Source: Anaeramoeba ignava BMAN
Lineage: Eukaryota > Protista > Anaeramoebae
Assembly (NCBI GenBank): GCA_028826165.1
Contig: JAPDFW010000097.1
Span: 62,001 to 126,000, forward strand
Direction: 5' to 3'
Length of the DNA: 64,000 bases
The notes below the pieces were generated by a model. The model saw only the letters and a list, made by a program, of their open reading frames with translations. It was not told the origin of the DNA and searched no databases. Shown piece after piece: positions 12,001 to 23,500 of this stretch. The number at the start of each line of letters is the position of its first letter. The first letter of the stretch is position 1. Made by a program: the position numbers and the translations under genes.

Positions 12001-12705
12001 ATATAAAATTAATATAAAATTAATTTAAAATTAATTTAAAATTGATATAAAATTAATTTAAAATTGATATAAAATTTAATATAAAATTGATATAAAATTG
12101 ATATAAAATTGATTTTAAAAATTGATTTAAAATTGATTTAAAATTGATATAAAATTAATATAAAATTAATATAAAAATTGATATAAAATTGATATAAAAT
12201 TGATATAAAATTAATTTAAAATAGATTTAAAATTAATATAAAATTAATATAAAATTGATATAAAATTGATATAAAATTGATATAAAATTGATATAAAATT
12301 GATATAAAATTGATATAAAATTGATATAAAATTGATATAAAATTGATTTAAAATTGATATAAAATTAATTTAAAATTGATATAAAATTGATATAAAATTG
12401 ATTAAAATTGATTTAAAATTGATTTAAAATTGATATAAAATTGATTTAAAATTGATATAAAATTGATATAAAATTGATTTAAAATTGATTTAAAATTAAT
12501 TAAAATTAATATAAAATTGATTTAAAATTGATTTAAAATTGATATAAAATTGATTTAAAATTAATTTAAAATTGATTTAAAATTGATTATAAAATTGATA
12601 TAAAATTGATTTAAATTTTAAAAGAAATGTAGTGGAAATCATCCTCCAAATGGTGAAGAATATTGTTATGGTTGTCTTCTTTGCAAAAAAGCAGAAAATT
12701 TTTAA
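6055..12705 (+). CDS. Multi-zinc-finger E3 ligase: RING1-like + IBR-like domains fused to a MYCBP2/Highwire/RPM-1-type RING-Cys-relay C-terminal module. Exons 6055-6126, 6196-6321, 8527-8952, 9389-9895, 10331-10443, 10516-10551, 10639-10725, 10832-10847, 12625-12705
   Basis: Manual GT-AG splicing gives a continuous frame: CGIC...CCHMVCRKC...KCIEC; ECPSC...FRCQNCSSDFCSKCGATPYHIGYSC; CGHFCCG...CMIC...LDCGHTFHYLC...RITFTYAKCPLCK; YFQCYKCKEPYFGGKKVC; ELICPSCS; CPTHGTEFIQWKCKFCCNMAIWFCWGNTHFCEECH; HPPNGEEYCYGCLLCK. Confidence 0.88.
6350..8520. repeat. Intronic satellite, ~14-nt unit (TTTAAATTTATTTA)n filling a 2.2 kb intron
   Basis: Direct tandem repetition inside intron 6322-8526. Confidence 0.95.
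8995..9365. repeat. Intronic microsatellite (AAAATT)n
   Basis: Direct tandem hexamer in intron 8953-9388. Confidence 0.95.
9920..10325. repeat. Intronic microsatellite (AAAATT)n
   Basis: Direct tandem hexamer in intron 9896-10330. Confidence 0.95.
10885..12615. repeat. Intronic satellite, 11-nt unit AAAATT(G/A)AT(A/T)T
   Basis: Direct tandem repetition in intron 10848-12624. Confidence 0.95.
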
Positions 12706-12955
12706 AATAATTCATTTAAAAATCCTTTTCAAAAATTGATTTCAACAACAACAATAACAACAACAACTTTATTTTGACTTTATTTTTAAATTCAAAACAA
12801 ATTTAAAAAAGGGAATAAAAACGAAAAAAAAAAGGAAAAATTTTTTTTTTTTATTTTTTTAAATTAAAAAGAGAAAAGAGAAAAAAATTCAAAAGATCGA
12901 AAATCATTTTTTTTTATATTTTTTTTTTTATTTTTAATTTATTTGAAAAAAAAAA

Positions 12956-14443
12956 ATGGGAAATGCAAAACCAGGAAAAGTAATAAAAAGAACTCAAATA
13001 AAAAATTATTTAAAATCAATTAGAGATGCACCAGAACCTATTATTCTTGTTGATGAAAATGATTTTTGTATTGAAACAAATGATCTTTATGCAAAAATGT
13101 TAGGGTTAACAAATAGATTTGATTTATTAAACAAACAAATGGATCCCAATTTCTCTCCTGAATTTCAACCCCAATTTAATTTATCAAGTAGAGAAGCTGC
13201 TGAACAAGAAATTCATAAATGTTTAAGGTAAAAATTTTAATTTTAATTTTGATCAAATTTTTGAATTTTAATTTTAATTATAATTTTAATTTTAATTTCA
13301 ATTTTAATTTTAATTTTAATTTTAATTTTAATTTTAATTATAATTTTAATTTTAATTTTAATTTTAATTTTAATTTCAATTTTAATTTTAATTTCAATTA
13401 TAATTTCAATTTTAATTTTATAAATGAATTTAGATTTTATAAATGAATTTAGATTTTATAAATGAATTTCAATTTTAATTTTATTAATTTACTCCCCCAA
13501 AAATAATATATAATATAATAAATAATTTTAAATTCAGAATCAATTCCTTAAACTTAATTCAAACTTAATTCCAATTTTAATTTTAATTTTAATTTTAATT
13601 TTAATTTTAATTTTAATTTCAATTTTAATTTTAATTTTATAAATGAATTTTAATTTTAATTTTATAAATGAATTTTTATTTTAAAGGAGCCCAAATGGAA
13701 GACATGACCACTTTTGGCTTCATAAAGATATAGATGGAAACGAAGTATGGATTCATTCATATCTCACACTTATTTATATAAAAGGAAAACCAGCACTTCA
13801 ATGCATAACAAGAAGAATCCCAAATCCAATGAAAGATGAAATTCAAGAATCACCTCTTGATCAAAATCTTTATTCAATTGATCCAGAATTTATTCAACAT
13901 CATGAAGAAAATGAAATTCAAAATGAAAAAGAAAAAGAAAAACGAATTGAAAAAGAAATTGAAAGATATGAAAAAAGTAGAAAAAAAAATAATACATTCA
14001 CTTTTGAAAACTCATTTTCCAATTTGGAAGATTTTTCAAAAAAAGATGATGATTTTTATGAACAACTTTCCAAAAGTTCAACTCAATTTGAAAATGAATT
14101 TGTGGATTTTGAAAGTAGATCAACTTCAATATCTGATAGATCATTCAATTTTCTTACTTCTTTAACAATAGAAGAAGATAACGAATTGTTATTTAGTCAA
14201 GTTTTAGATGAAATCAAAACAGGAATTTCTTCATTTCAAAATCCAAAACTTGAAACTTATTTAACTCCTAAATTAAATCAACTTTTTCAAATATTTAAAA
14301 ATGATGTCAATCAAAGAAATAAAAAAATTGGAGAATTGATTTCTAAACAACAACAAAATCAAGATAAATTACAATCACATTATCTTGATTTAGAAGATTC
14401 TTTTAAAGAAAATTTAAATTTTATACAAAAACAGAATTTTTGA
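12956..14443 (+). CDS. PAS-domain protein with possible N-myristoylation (MGN...) and C-terminal coiled coil; exons 12956-13227 and 13687-14443
   Basis: PEPIILVDENDFCIETNDLYAKMLG...FSPEFQP spliced in frame (ag|gtaaaa...ttaaag|g) to the PAC-like FWLHKDIDGNEVWIHSYLTLIYIKGKPALQCITRRI. Confidence 0.75.
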
Positions 14444-14583
14444 ACAAAGAAACTGTTTGAAAATTTATATTTGTTTTTTTTTTTTTTGAAAATTAAACAA
14501 AAATCAAAAACTAAAATTTTTTCCGTTTTTTATTTTTTTTTCCGTTTTAAATTTTTTCATTTTTTTATTATTTTAAAAAAACA

Positions 14584-17500
14584 ATGACGAATACAAACCC
14601 AAATCGAATTGAAACAGAAATTGAAAAAGAAGAAACAAAAACAGAAGATGAAAAACAAAAAGAAATTCAAATTGAAAAAGAAAAAGAAATTGAAAAAGAA
14701 AAGCAAATTCAAATTGAAAAAGTTTTTTTTTTGAGTTTTGGAAATCAAAATCAAAATCAAAATCAAAATCAAAATCAAAATCAAAATCAAAATCAAAATG
14801 AAAATGAAATTTATCAAAAATGGAAAAATTTACAACCAAAAAATAATTCAGAAGTAAATTAAAATCAAAATTAAAATCAAAATCAAAATTAAAACCAAAA
14901 TTAAAATTAAAAATTAAAATCAAATTTAAAAATTAAAATTAAATTAAAATTTAAAATTTAAAAAGATAAAAAGTGAAGAATTTGTTGAATTTTGTTTATT
15001 ATTTCAAAAATTATTTCAAAATTGGAATCCAAATCAAAATAAATCAAATTTAAATCAAAAAAAGAATAAATTTGAAAAACATTTTGAAAAAAGAAATTTA
15101 TGAAGCAATTTCACAAAAACAAGCTCATCCAATAAGATTTATTACTTTTATATTAAATAATTTAATTTATTCAAATACTCTTCTTCAAGGTTTATATATT
15201 TTATTATCCAAAAAAAAAATAAACTAAATTTTTAATATTTAAAAACAAAAAACTTGAATCCAAACAAAATAGAAACGTTTAAACATGGAAATGAAATTGA
15301 AAATCAAAATCAAAATCAAAATCAAAATCAAAATCAAAATCAAAATCAAAATCAAAATCAAAATCAAAATCAAAATCAAAATCAAAATCAAAATCAAAAT
15401 CAAAATCAAAATCAAAATCAAATTCAAAATCAAAATCAAAATCAAAATCAAAATCAAAATCAAAATCAAAATCAAAATCAAAATCAAAATCAAAATCAAA
15501 ATCAAAATCAAAATCAAAATCAAAATCAAAATCAAAATCAAAATCAAAATCAAAATCAAAATCAAAATCAAAATGAAAATCAAAATCAAAATCAAAATCA
15601 AAATCAAATTCAAAATCAAAATCAAAATGAAAATCAAAATCAAAATCAAAAAGAAATTAATCCACACAAAAATTTAATTTCTTTATCTATAATTTCAATT
15701 CTTTCAAAATCCAAAGTTAATCAACAAATTTTATCTGAAAATGGAATTTTTGAAATATTTTATGATTTATTACAAACTACAAAATATATTTTTGGATTAA
15801 TGAAGCATATAAGAGTAAATCAAAAAAAAATCAATTAAAAAGAAAAAAGAAAAGAATAATATATTTATATTTAACAAATTAAATTTTGTTCTTTTTTAAA
15901 AAAAGGAAACAAAACCAAAACTTTCAATTTATTATTTAATTGAAACTCAATTTATTATTTCAGAAATTATGGAAATTATGAAAAAATTTTTAAAAGTAAA
16001 AGATTTTTATCCAAATAGAAAAATTTTAAAATCAATTAAAGAATCAAAAATAATCCTTTCATTAATAGGTAAAAATATTTCCCAAAAAAAAATATAATAT
16101 AAATTTATAATTAATTATTCTTTTAATCTTAAAATAACAAAAATAACAAAAACAGAATGGTTTTTAATTAATTTAGAATTCAAAAAAGAATTTCTTTTTA
16201 CAAAAAAGCAATATTCTATTCAATTATCAATTTTTGAAATTATTGAAAGTTGTTATGAATATGGATTATTAACAGAAACAGAAAAAATTGATTTAATTTT
16301 AATTCTTTTAACTTTTTTTCAAGTTCCAAAATTATCAAATATTCCAAATATTGGAATTAATATTATTAACAAAAATCAAATCAAAATTGAAAATCAAAAT
16401 GAAAATCAAAAAATTAAAAAAATAGAAATTGAAAAACTTGAAGATATTTTTGAAACAAATTTTTTTACATTCAAATCAGAAATCAAAGAAGAAGAAAATC
16501 CAAATATTTTAGAAAATTTAAAAATCAAAAAAGAAGATTCAATTCATTTAGAAGTTGATTTTCGGTTAAATATTTTTGATTTCCTTAATTTTATTGTTGA
16601 AGAAGAAAATATTATTGAAGAATTTATTAATAACAATAATATTTTAAATCTTAAAGATTTTATTCTTTGGATTTCTTATTCTTTTAAAACAAAATTATCA
16701 AATAAATTAAAAAAATTAACCCATTCAAAGCATCATTCAAAACATCAATCAAAAATCAAATTCAAATTCAAATTCAAAATCAAATTCAAAATCAAAATCA
16801 AAATCAAATTCAAATTCAAATTCAAAATCAAAATCAAATTCAAAATCAAATTCAAAATCAAATTCAAATTCAAATTCAAAATCAAAATCAAAATCAAAAT
16901 CAAAATCAAAATCAAAATCGAAATCAAAATCAAAATCAAAATCGAAATCGAAATCAAAATCAAAATTAAAATCAAAATCAAAATCAAAATCAAAACATGA
17001 TTCAAAACATGATTCAAAGCATCATTCAAAATCAAAACATAAATCAAAACATCATTCAAAACATCATTCAAAACATAATTCAAAACATGATTCAAAACAT
17101 GAATCAAAGCATCATTCAAATTCAAAACATAATTCAAAACATAAATCAAAACATGATTCAAAACATAAATCAAAACATAATTCAAAACATGAATCAAAGC
17201 ATCATTCAAATTCAAAACATGATTCAAAACATAAATCAAAACATGAATCAAAACATGATTCAAAACATGAATCAAAATATGAATCAAAACATGATTCAAA
17301 ACATGATTCAAAACATGAATCAAAACATGAATCAAAACATGAATCAAAATATGAATCAAAATCAAAATCAAAATCAAAACATGATTCAAAATCAGAAATA
17401 AATTCAAATACAAATAAAAATTCAACTCCAATTCTAACTCCAACTCCAACTCCAACTCCAACTCCAACTCCAACTCCAACTCCAACTCCAACTCCAACTC

Positions 17501-20500
17501 CAACTCCAACTCCAACTCCAACTCCAAAACAAAACTCAAATTCAAATTCAAAAATTTCAGAAATCAAATTATATCATCCTTATTTTGATTCACTTTTTAA
17601 TCATTTAAGATCTTTTCAAAAAATTCAAAAATCAAATAATACAAATTTATCAAAAGAAAATATAAGAAAAGAAATTGAAAAATATACAAATGAAATTAAA
17701 TTAAAAGTGAATAATTTTAAAGAAAGATTAATTTTAATTTATCTTGATTTATTTAAAACTGAAGAAGAATTAAATCCAAATAATCAAAAAGATAATAATC
17801 AAAATAATAATAATCAAAAAGATATTAATCAAAAAGATATTAATCAAAAAGATATTATTCAAAAAGATAATAATCAAAAAAATATTATTCAAAATAATAA
17901 TCAATATAAAAATCATAATTATTTAAAAAGAAAAAATTAAGAAAATTCAAAAATATAACAAAGATATTTATCCAGAACTTCAAATGTATATTTTATTTGA
18001 ATTTAAAAAAATGATAATTGAAGAAAAATATGATGAAGAAATTATTAAATTTTTTGAAGAAAATGAAGGATGGAAAATTTGTTTTTCAGATTATTTTATC
18101 AGAACAAATATCAATAATTTTAATGTAAATATTTTAAATTTAAATTTAATTTTAAATTTAAATTTAAATTTAATTTTAATTTTAATTAGATTGAAGAAAA
18201 AGAAAAGATTGAATTAGAAGAAATGAATTTAAATTTACAAATATTATTAATTGATTTTCTTAAAAATATTATCATAAAATATCAAAATAATTTTGAATAT
18301 CAAATTTTATTTAATCAAATTTCAAAAAATTCAAAAATAATTTCAAATTCATTTTTATTAAATCAATTTTTAGAAATGATAATTGAAATTATTCGAAATA
18401 ATCCAAAAATTTCATCAAACAAAATTTTTGAAAATAATGGATTTCAAATAATTAAACAAAATTTATTAAAATTAATTAAAGAAAATGAAAATCAAAATCA
18501 AAATCAAAATCAAAATCAAATTCAAAATCAAATTCAAAATCAAATTCAAAATCAAAATCAAAATCAAAATCAAATTCAAAATCAAAATGAAAATCAAAAT
18601 GAAAATGAAAATGAAAATGAAAATGAAAATGAAAAAACAAAAGAATTATATTTTGAAATTTTAAATTTAATATTTCAAAATGGATCTATTAAAGTTATTT
18701 TTGATGATTCAAATATTATCAACTTTTTGATTGAATCAATTAATTATCAATTTCTTCAAAAACTTTCATTAAATAATATTCCAAAATTTTTTGAAAAAGT
18801 AACAAATAATGAAGAAGAAAATGAACAACAATTTATTATTTATTTAATCCAAAAAATATTTTCCAAAAATGAAAATCAAAATCAAAAATTTCAGAATAAA
18901 CTTTTTGAAGAATGTTTAAAATCAATTTCCAAAAATCGAAATAATATTCAAAAAATATTTTTAAAAACAAATTTATTACAATTTATAACAACATTTTTTG
19001 AAGATCAAAATAACAATAATAATAATAATAATACATATTTTTCATTAAAAATGATTAAAGAAATTATTGAAAACAATGAAATATTAATGAAACAATTTCA
19101 AGAATTAATTCCAATAACAAAATTTGTAAAAATAATTTATGAATATGAAAAAAGAAAACCAAAAAAAGAAATATTTGAAATTCTTTTAGATTTAATGGTT
19201 AATAATGGAAAATTTTCAATTAAAAATAATTTTATTATCAAAAATACAAATATGATTAATATTATTTTAGAACTTTATTCACAAAATTTCAAAAAAGAAT
19301 TAGAAAATCGAATTGAAAATGAAAAAGAATTAGAAAATGAAATTGAAAATCAAAATCAAAATCAAAATGAAAATGAAATTGAAAATGAAATTGAAAATGA
19401 AATTCAAAATCAAAATCAAATTGAAAATGAAAATGAAAATGAAAATGAAAATGAAAATGAAAATGAAAATGAAAATGAAAATGAAAATGAAAATGAAAAT
19501 GAAAATGAAAATGAAAATGAAAATGAAAATGAAAATGAAATTGAAAATGAAAAAGAAAAAGAAATTTCTTTTTTTGAAGTTTTGAAAATATTTGAAGAAA
19601 TAAGTGAAAAATCAAAAGAAAATATTAATTATATTTGTGAAAAAGGAATTATTTCATTTTTACTTAAATTAATTCCCAAAATTCAAAATATCAAAATATT
19701 TAAAAAAATTATTGAAATTATTGGAAAATTTGCAAATTTTAAAATTACTGTTTCTGAAATGAAACAATATTTTACAATAATGAAAAATCAATTAAATCAA
19801 AAAATCAAAAATCAATTAAATCAAAATCAAGAATTTCCATCAATAATAATGATGAATGAATTAAGAAAAATAAATAAAAAACAACAAGAAGAAGAAGAAA
19901 TTTCAAAAAATATTATCAAAGAAAAAACAAAAAAAATAAAAACAATCAAAACATCTAAATCAACAAATATTAATGAAATTATTAAATTTTTAGGAGGAAT
20001 TGAAACATTTTTTTATTTAATTTTTGAAATTGATGAATTATTTAAACAACAAAAAAAAGAAAATAAAAAAATTAAAGAATTAAAAGAAGAAATTAAATCA
20101 AATTCAAATTCAAATTCAAAATCAAAATCAAAATTAAAATCAAATTCAAATTCAAATTCAATATCAAAATCAAATTCAAATTCAACAAAATTAATCTTTG
20201 AAGAAATTTTAAGAATAATTAATGATTATTTATTAAACGATATTGAAACACAAAAAGAAATGATTGAAAAACAAGGATTTCAAATAATCAATATTTTACT
20301 TAAAAAAATACATCCAAAATATTTTTCAACACAAATTTATTATATTATAAGAACATTTAAAGAAAATATTGAAAATGAACAATTTCAAAAACAACTTAAA
20401 AAATATTTAATTTTTGATTATAAAATATGGAAAAATTATAATTTTAAAATTCAAAATAAATTAATTGAAACTATTCAAATTTGTATTCAAAATCAAAATC

Positions 20501-23500
20501 AAAAAGAAAATCAAAAAGAAAATCAAAATCAAAATCAAAAAGAAAATCAAAATCAAAATCAAAATCAAAATCAAAAAGAAAATGAAAATGAAAATCAAAA
20601 TCAAAATCAAAATCAAAATCAAAATCAAAATCAAAATGAAAATGAAAATCAAAATCAAAATCAAAATCAAAATCAAAATCAAAATGAAAATCAAAATGAA
20701 ATTCAAAATGAAAATCAAAATGAAAATCAAAATGAAAATCAAAATCAAAATCAAAATGAAAATCAAAATCAAAATCAAAATCAAATTCAAAATCAAAATC
20801 AAAATCAAAATCAAAATGAAAATCAAATTCAAAATGAAAATCAAAATCAAAATCAAAATGAAAATGAAAATCAAAATCAAAATCAAAATCAAAACGAAAA
20901 TCAAAATCAAAATCAAAATCAAAATCAAAATGAAAATCAAAATGAAAATGAAAATCAAAATGAAAATGAAAATCAAAATCAAAATCAAAAAGAAAAAGAA
21001 AAAAAATCAAATCCTTCAAATATTACAATTTTTGATTTATTCAAATTAATTTATTTTTATGATAAATCTTTATATAAAATTCAAAATAAAAATCAAATTG
21101 AAATTGAAAATGAAAATGAAAATGAAAATGAAAATAAAAATCAAAATGAAATTGAAAATGAAAATCAAAATCAAAATCAAAATCAAAATCAAAATGAAAA
21201 TCAAAATGAAAATGAAAATGAAAATGAAAATGAAATTGAAATTGAAAATGAAAATCAAAATGAAAATCAAAATGAAAATCAAAATGAAAATGAAAATCAA
21301 ATTCAAAATCAAAATAAAAATCAAAATCAAAATCAAAATCAAAATCAAAATGAAAATGAAATTGAAAATGAAAATGAAAATGAAAATGAAAATGAAAATG
21401 AAAATGAAAATGAAAATCAAAAAAATGAAAATCAAAATGAAAATCAAAATGAAAATGAAAATGAAAATGAAAATGAAAATCAAAATCAAAATCAAAATCA
21501 AAATCAAAATCAAAATCAAAATCAAAATCAAAATCAAAATCAAATTCAAAATGAAAATGAAAATGAAAATGAAAATGAAAATCAAAATAAATTAAAAAGA
21601 GAAGAAATAATTAAAATAATTGAAAAAATATTTTCAATTATTAAATTTATGTTAAATAATATTGAATCCAAAACACAAAAAATATTCATTCATTATTTAA
21701 TCAAAAGATGTTTTATTTTCAAAACAAAATATTTTATTGAAAAAACACTTGAATTAATTCATAATTATATTTTAAATAATTTAGAAATAACTTGGAAACA
21801 ATTATTTTCAAATCATTTATTTTATCCATTTATTCAAATAATGAAAGAAAACAAAGGAAATATAAAAATAATTGAAATAAGTTTAGAAATTATTTATTTT
21901 ATTGATCTTTCTATTCATAAAAATGAAAAAGAAAATGAAAAAGAAAAAGAAAAGAAAATATTCCAAAAATTCAAAAAAAATCAAAAACAAATCGATAAAT
22001 TAAAAGATATTTATTATTTAATTAATCAAATAATAATTGAAAATATCAATAATATTTCCAAAAAAATAATTAATATTCTTTTCAAAATAATGATTTATGA
22101 TTATTCAAACAAAACAAAAAAAACAACAAGATTAATTGAAAATGTATTTATTTTAGAAACAATTTGTGAAATATTTAAACAAAAATCCAAATTAATTAAT
22201 ATTAAAGAATTAAATCAATTATTTAAAATTATTTTAGAAAATAATTTAAATAAAGAAAAAATTATTTCAGAAATTGGATGGCAAAAATGGATAATTTCAT
22301 TAATTAATTTCAATTATTTCAATTTTCATTCAAATAATCAAAATGAAAATCAAAATGAAATTCAAAATCAAAATCAAAATCAAAATCAAAATCAAAATCA
22401 AAATGAAAATCAAAATCAAAATCAAAATCAAAATCAAAGTCAAAATCAAAATCAAGATCAAGATCAAAATCAAAATGAAAATCAAAATCAAAATCAAGAT
22501 CAAAATCAAAATCAAAATCAAAATCAAATTGAAAATCAAATTGAAATTCAAATTCAAAATGAAAATCAAATTCAAAATCAAAATCAAAATCAAAATCAAA
22601 ATCAAAATCAAAATCAAAATCAAAATCAAAATCAAAATCAAAATCAAAATCAAAATCAAAATCAAAATCAAAATCAAAATCAAAATCAAAATCAAAATCA
22701 AAATCAAAATGAAAATCAAAATCAAAATGAAATTGTATTCAAAATTTTGAATATATTATTTGAATATTGTTTTCAAAATCCAAAATATGATTTTCCAAAA
22801 ATAATTGAAGAATTTATTTCAACAATCAAAATTATTAAAGATGAAAGAAAAGAAACAATAACCAAAATAATTTTAAAAATAATAAATAATTTAATTATTG
22901 AAATTATTCAAAATACAGAAAAGAAAAAATATGATTTTCAAAAAGAAAATATTCAATCCTCCATAGAAGAAACTTTCAAAAAAATATATCAAATGAATCA
23001 GTTACTGAAAAATGCTTACAAGAATTTATTTTATTTAATTTATTTATTAAATGAAATATTATTTAATTCAAGTAAAGAAAAATCAAATAATAAAAAAAAT
23101 CAAGAAATTGAAAAAGAAAAAGAAAATAAAAAAGAATTTAAAATCAAAATATTATTTGAAAATGAATTTATTGAAAATTTTATTAAATTAATTGAAAAAT
23201 TTGGATTTTTTGGAAAAATTCGAGTACAATTTTCAACAAAAAAAGAAAAAATAAGAATTTATAAAAATATTATTTTGATACTTCTTTTCTCAATTCCAAA
23301 ATCAAATTATCAAACAACAGAATTTATTCTTTTTAAATTAAAAGAAATTATGAAAGAAACATTTAACCAAAATAATTTTTCAAAACAAGATTCAAATGAA
23401 TTTCTTAAAATTTGTTTTTCATTTTTATTCCATTATATTCACAATCACAATTATTTTCAATTCCAAAATCAATCACAAATTGAATCTCAAAATCAAAAAG

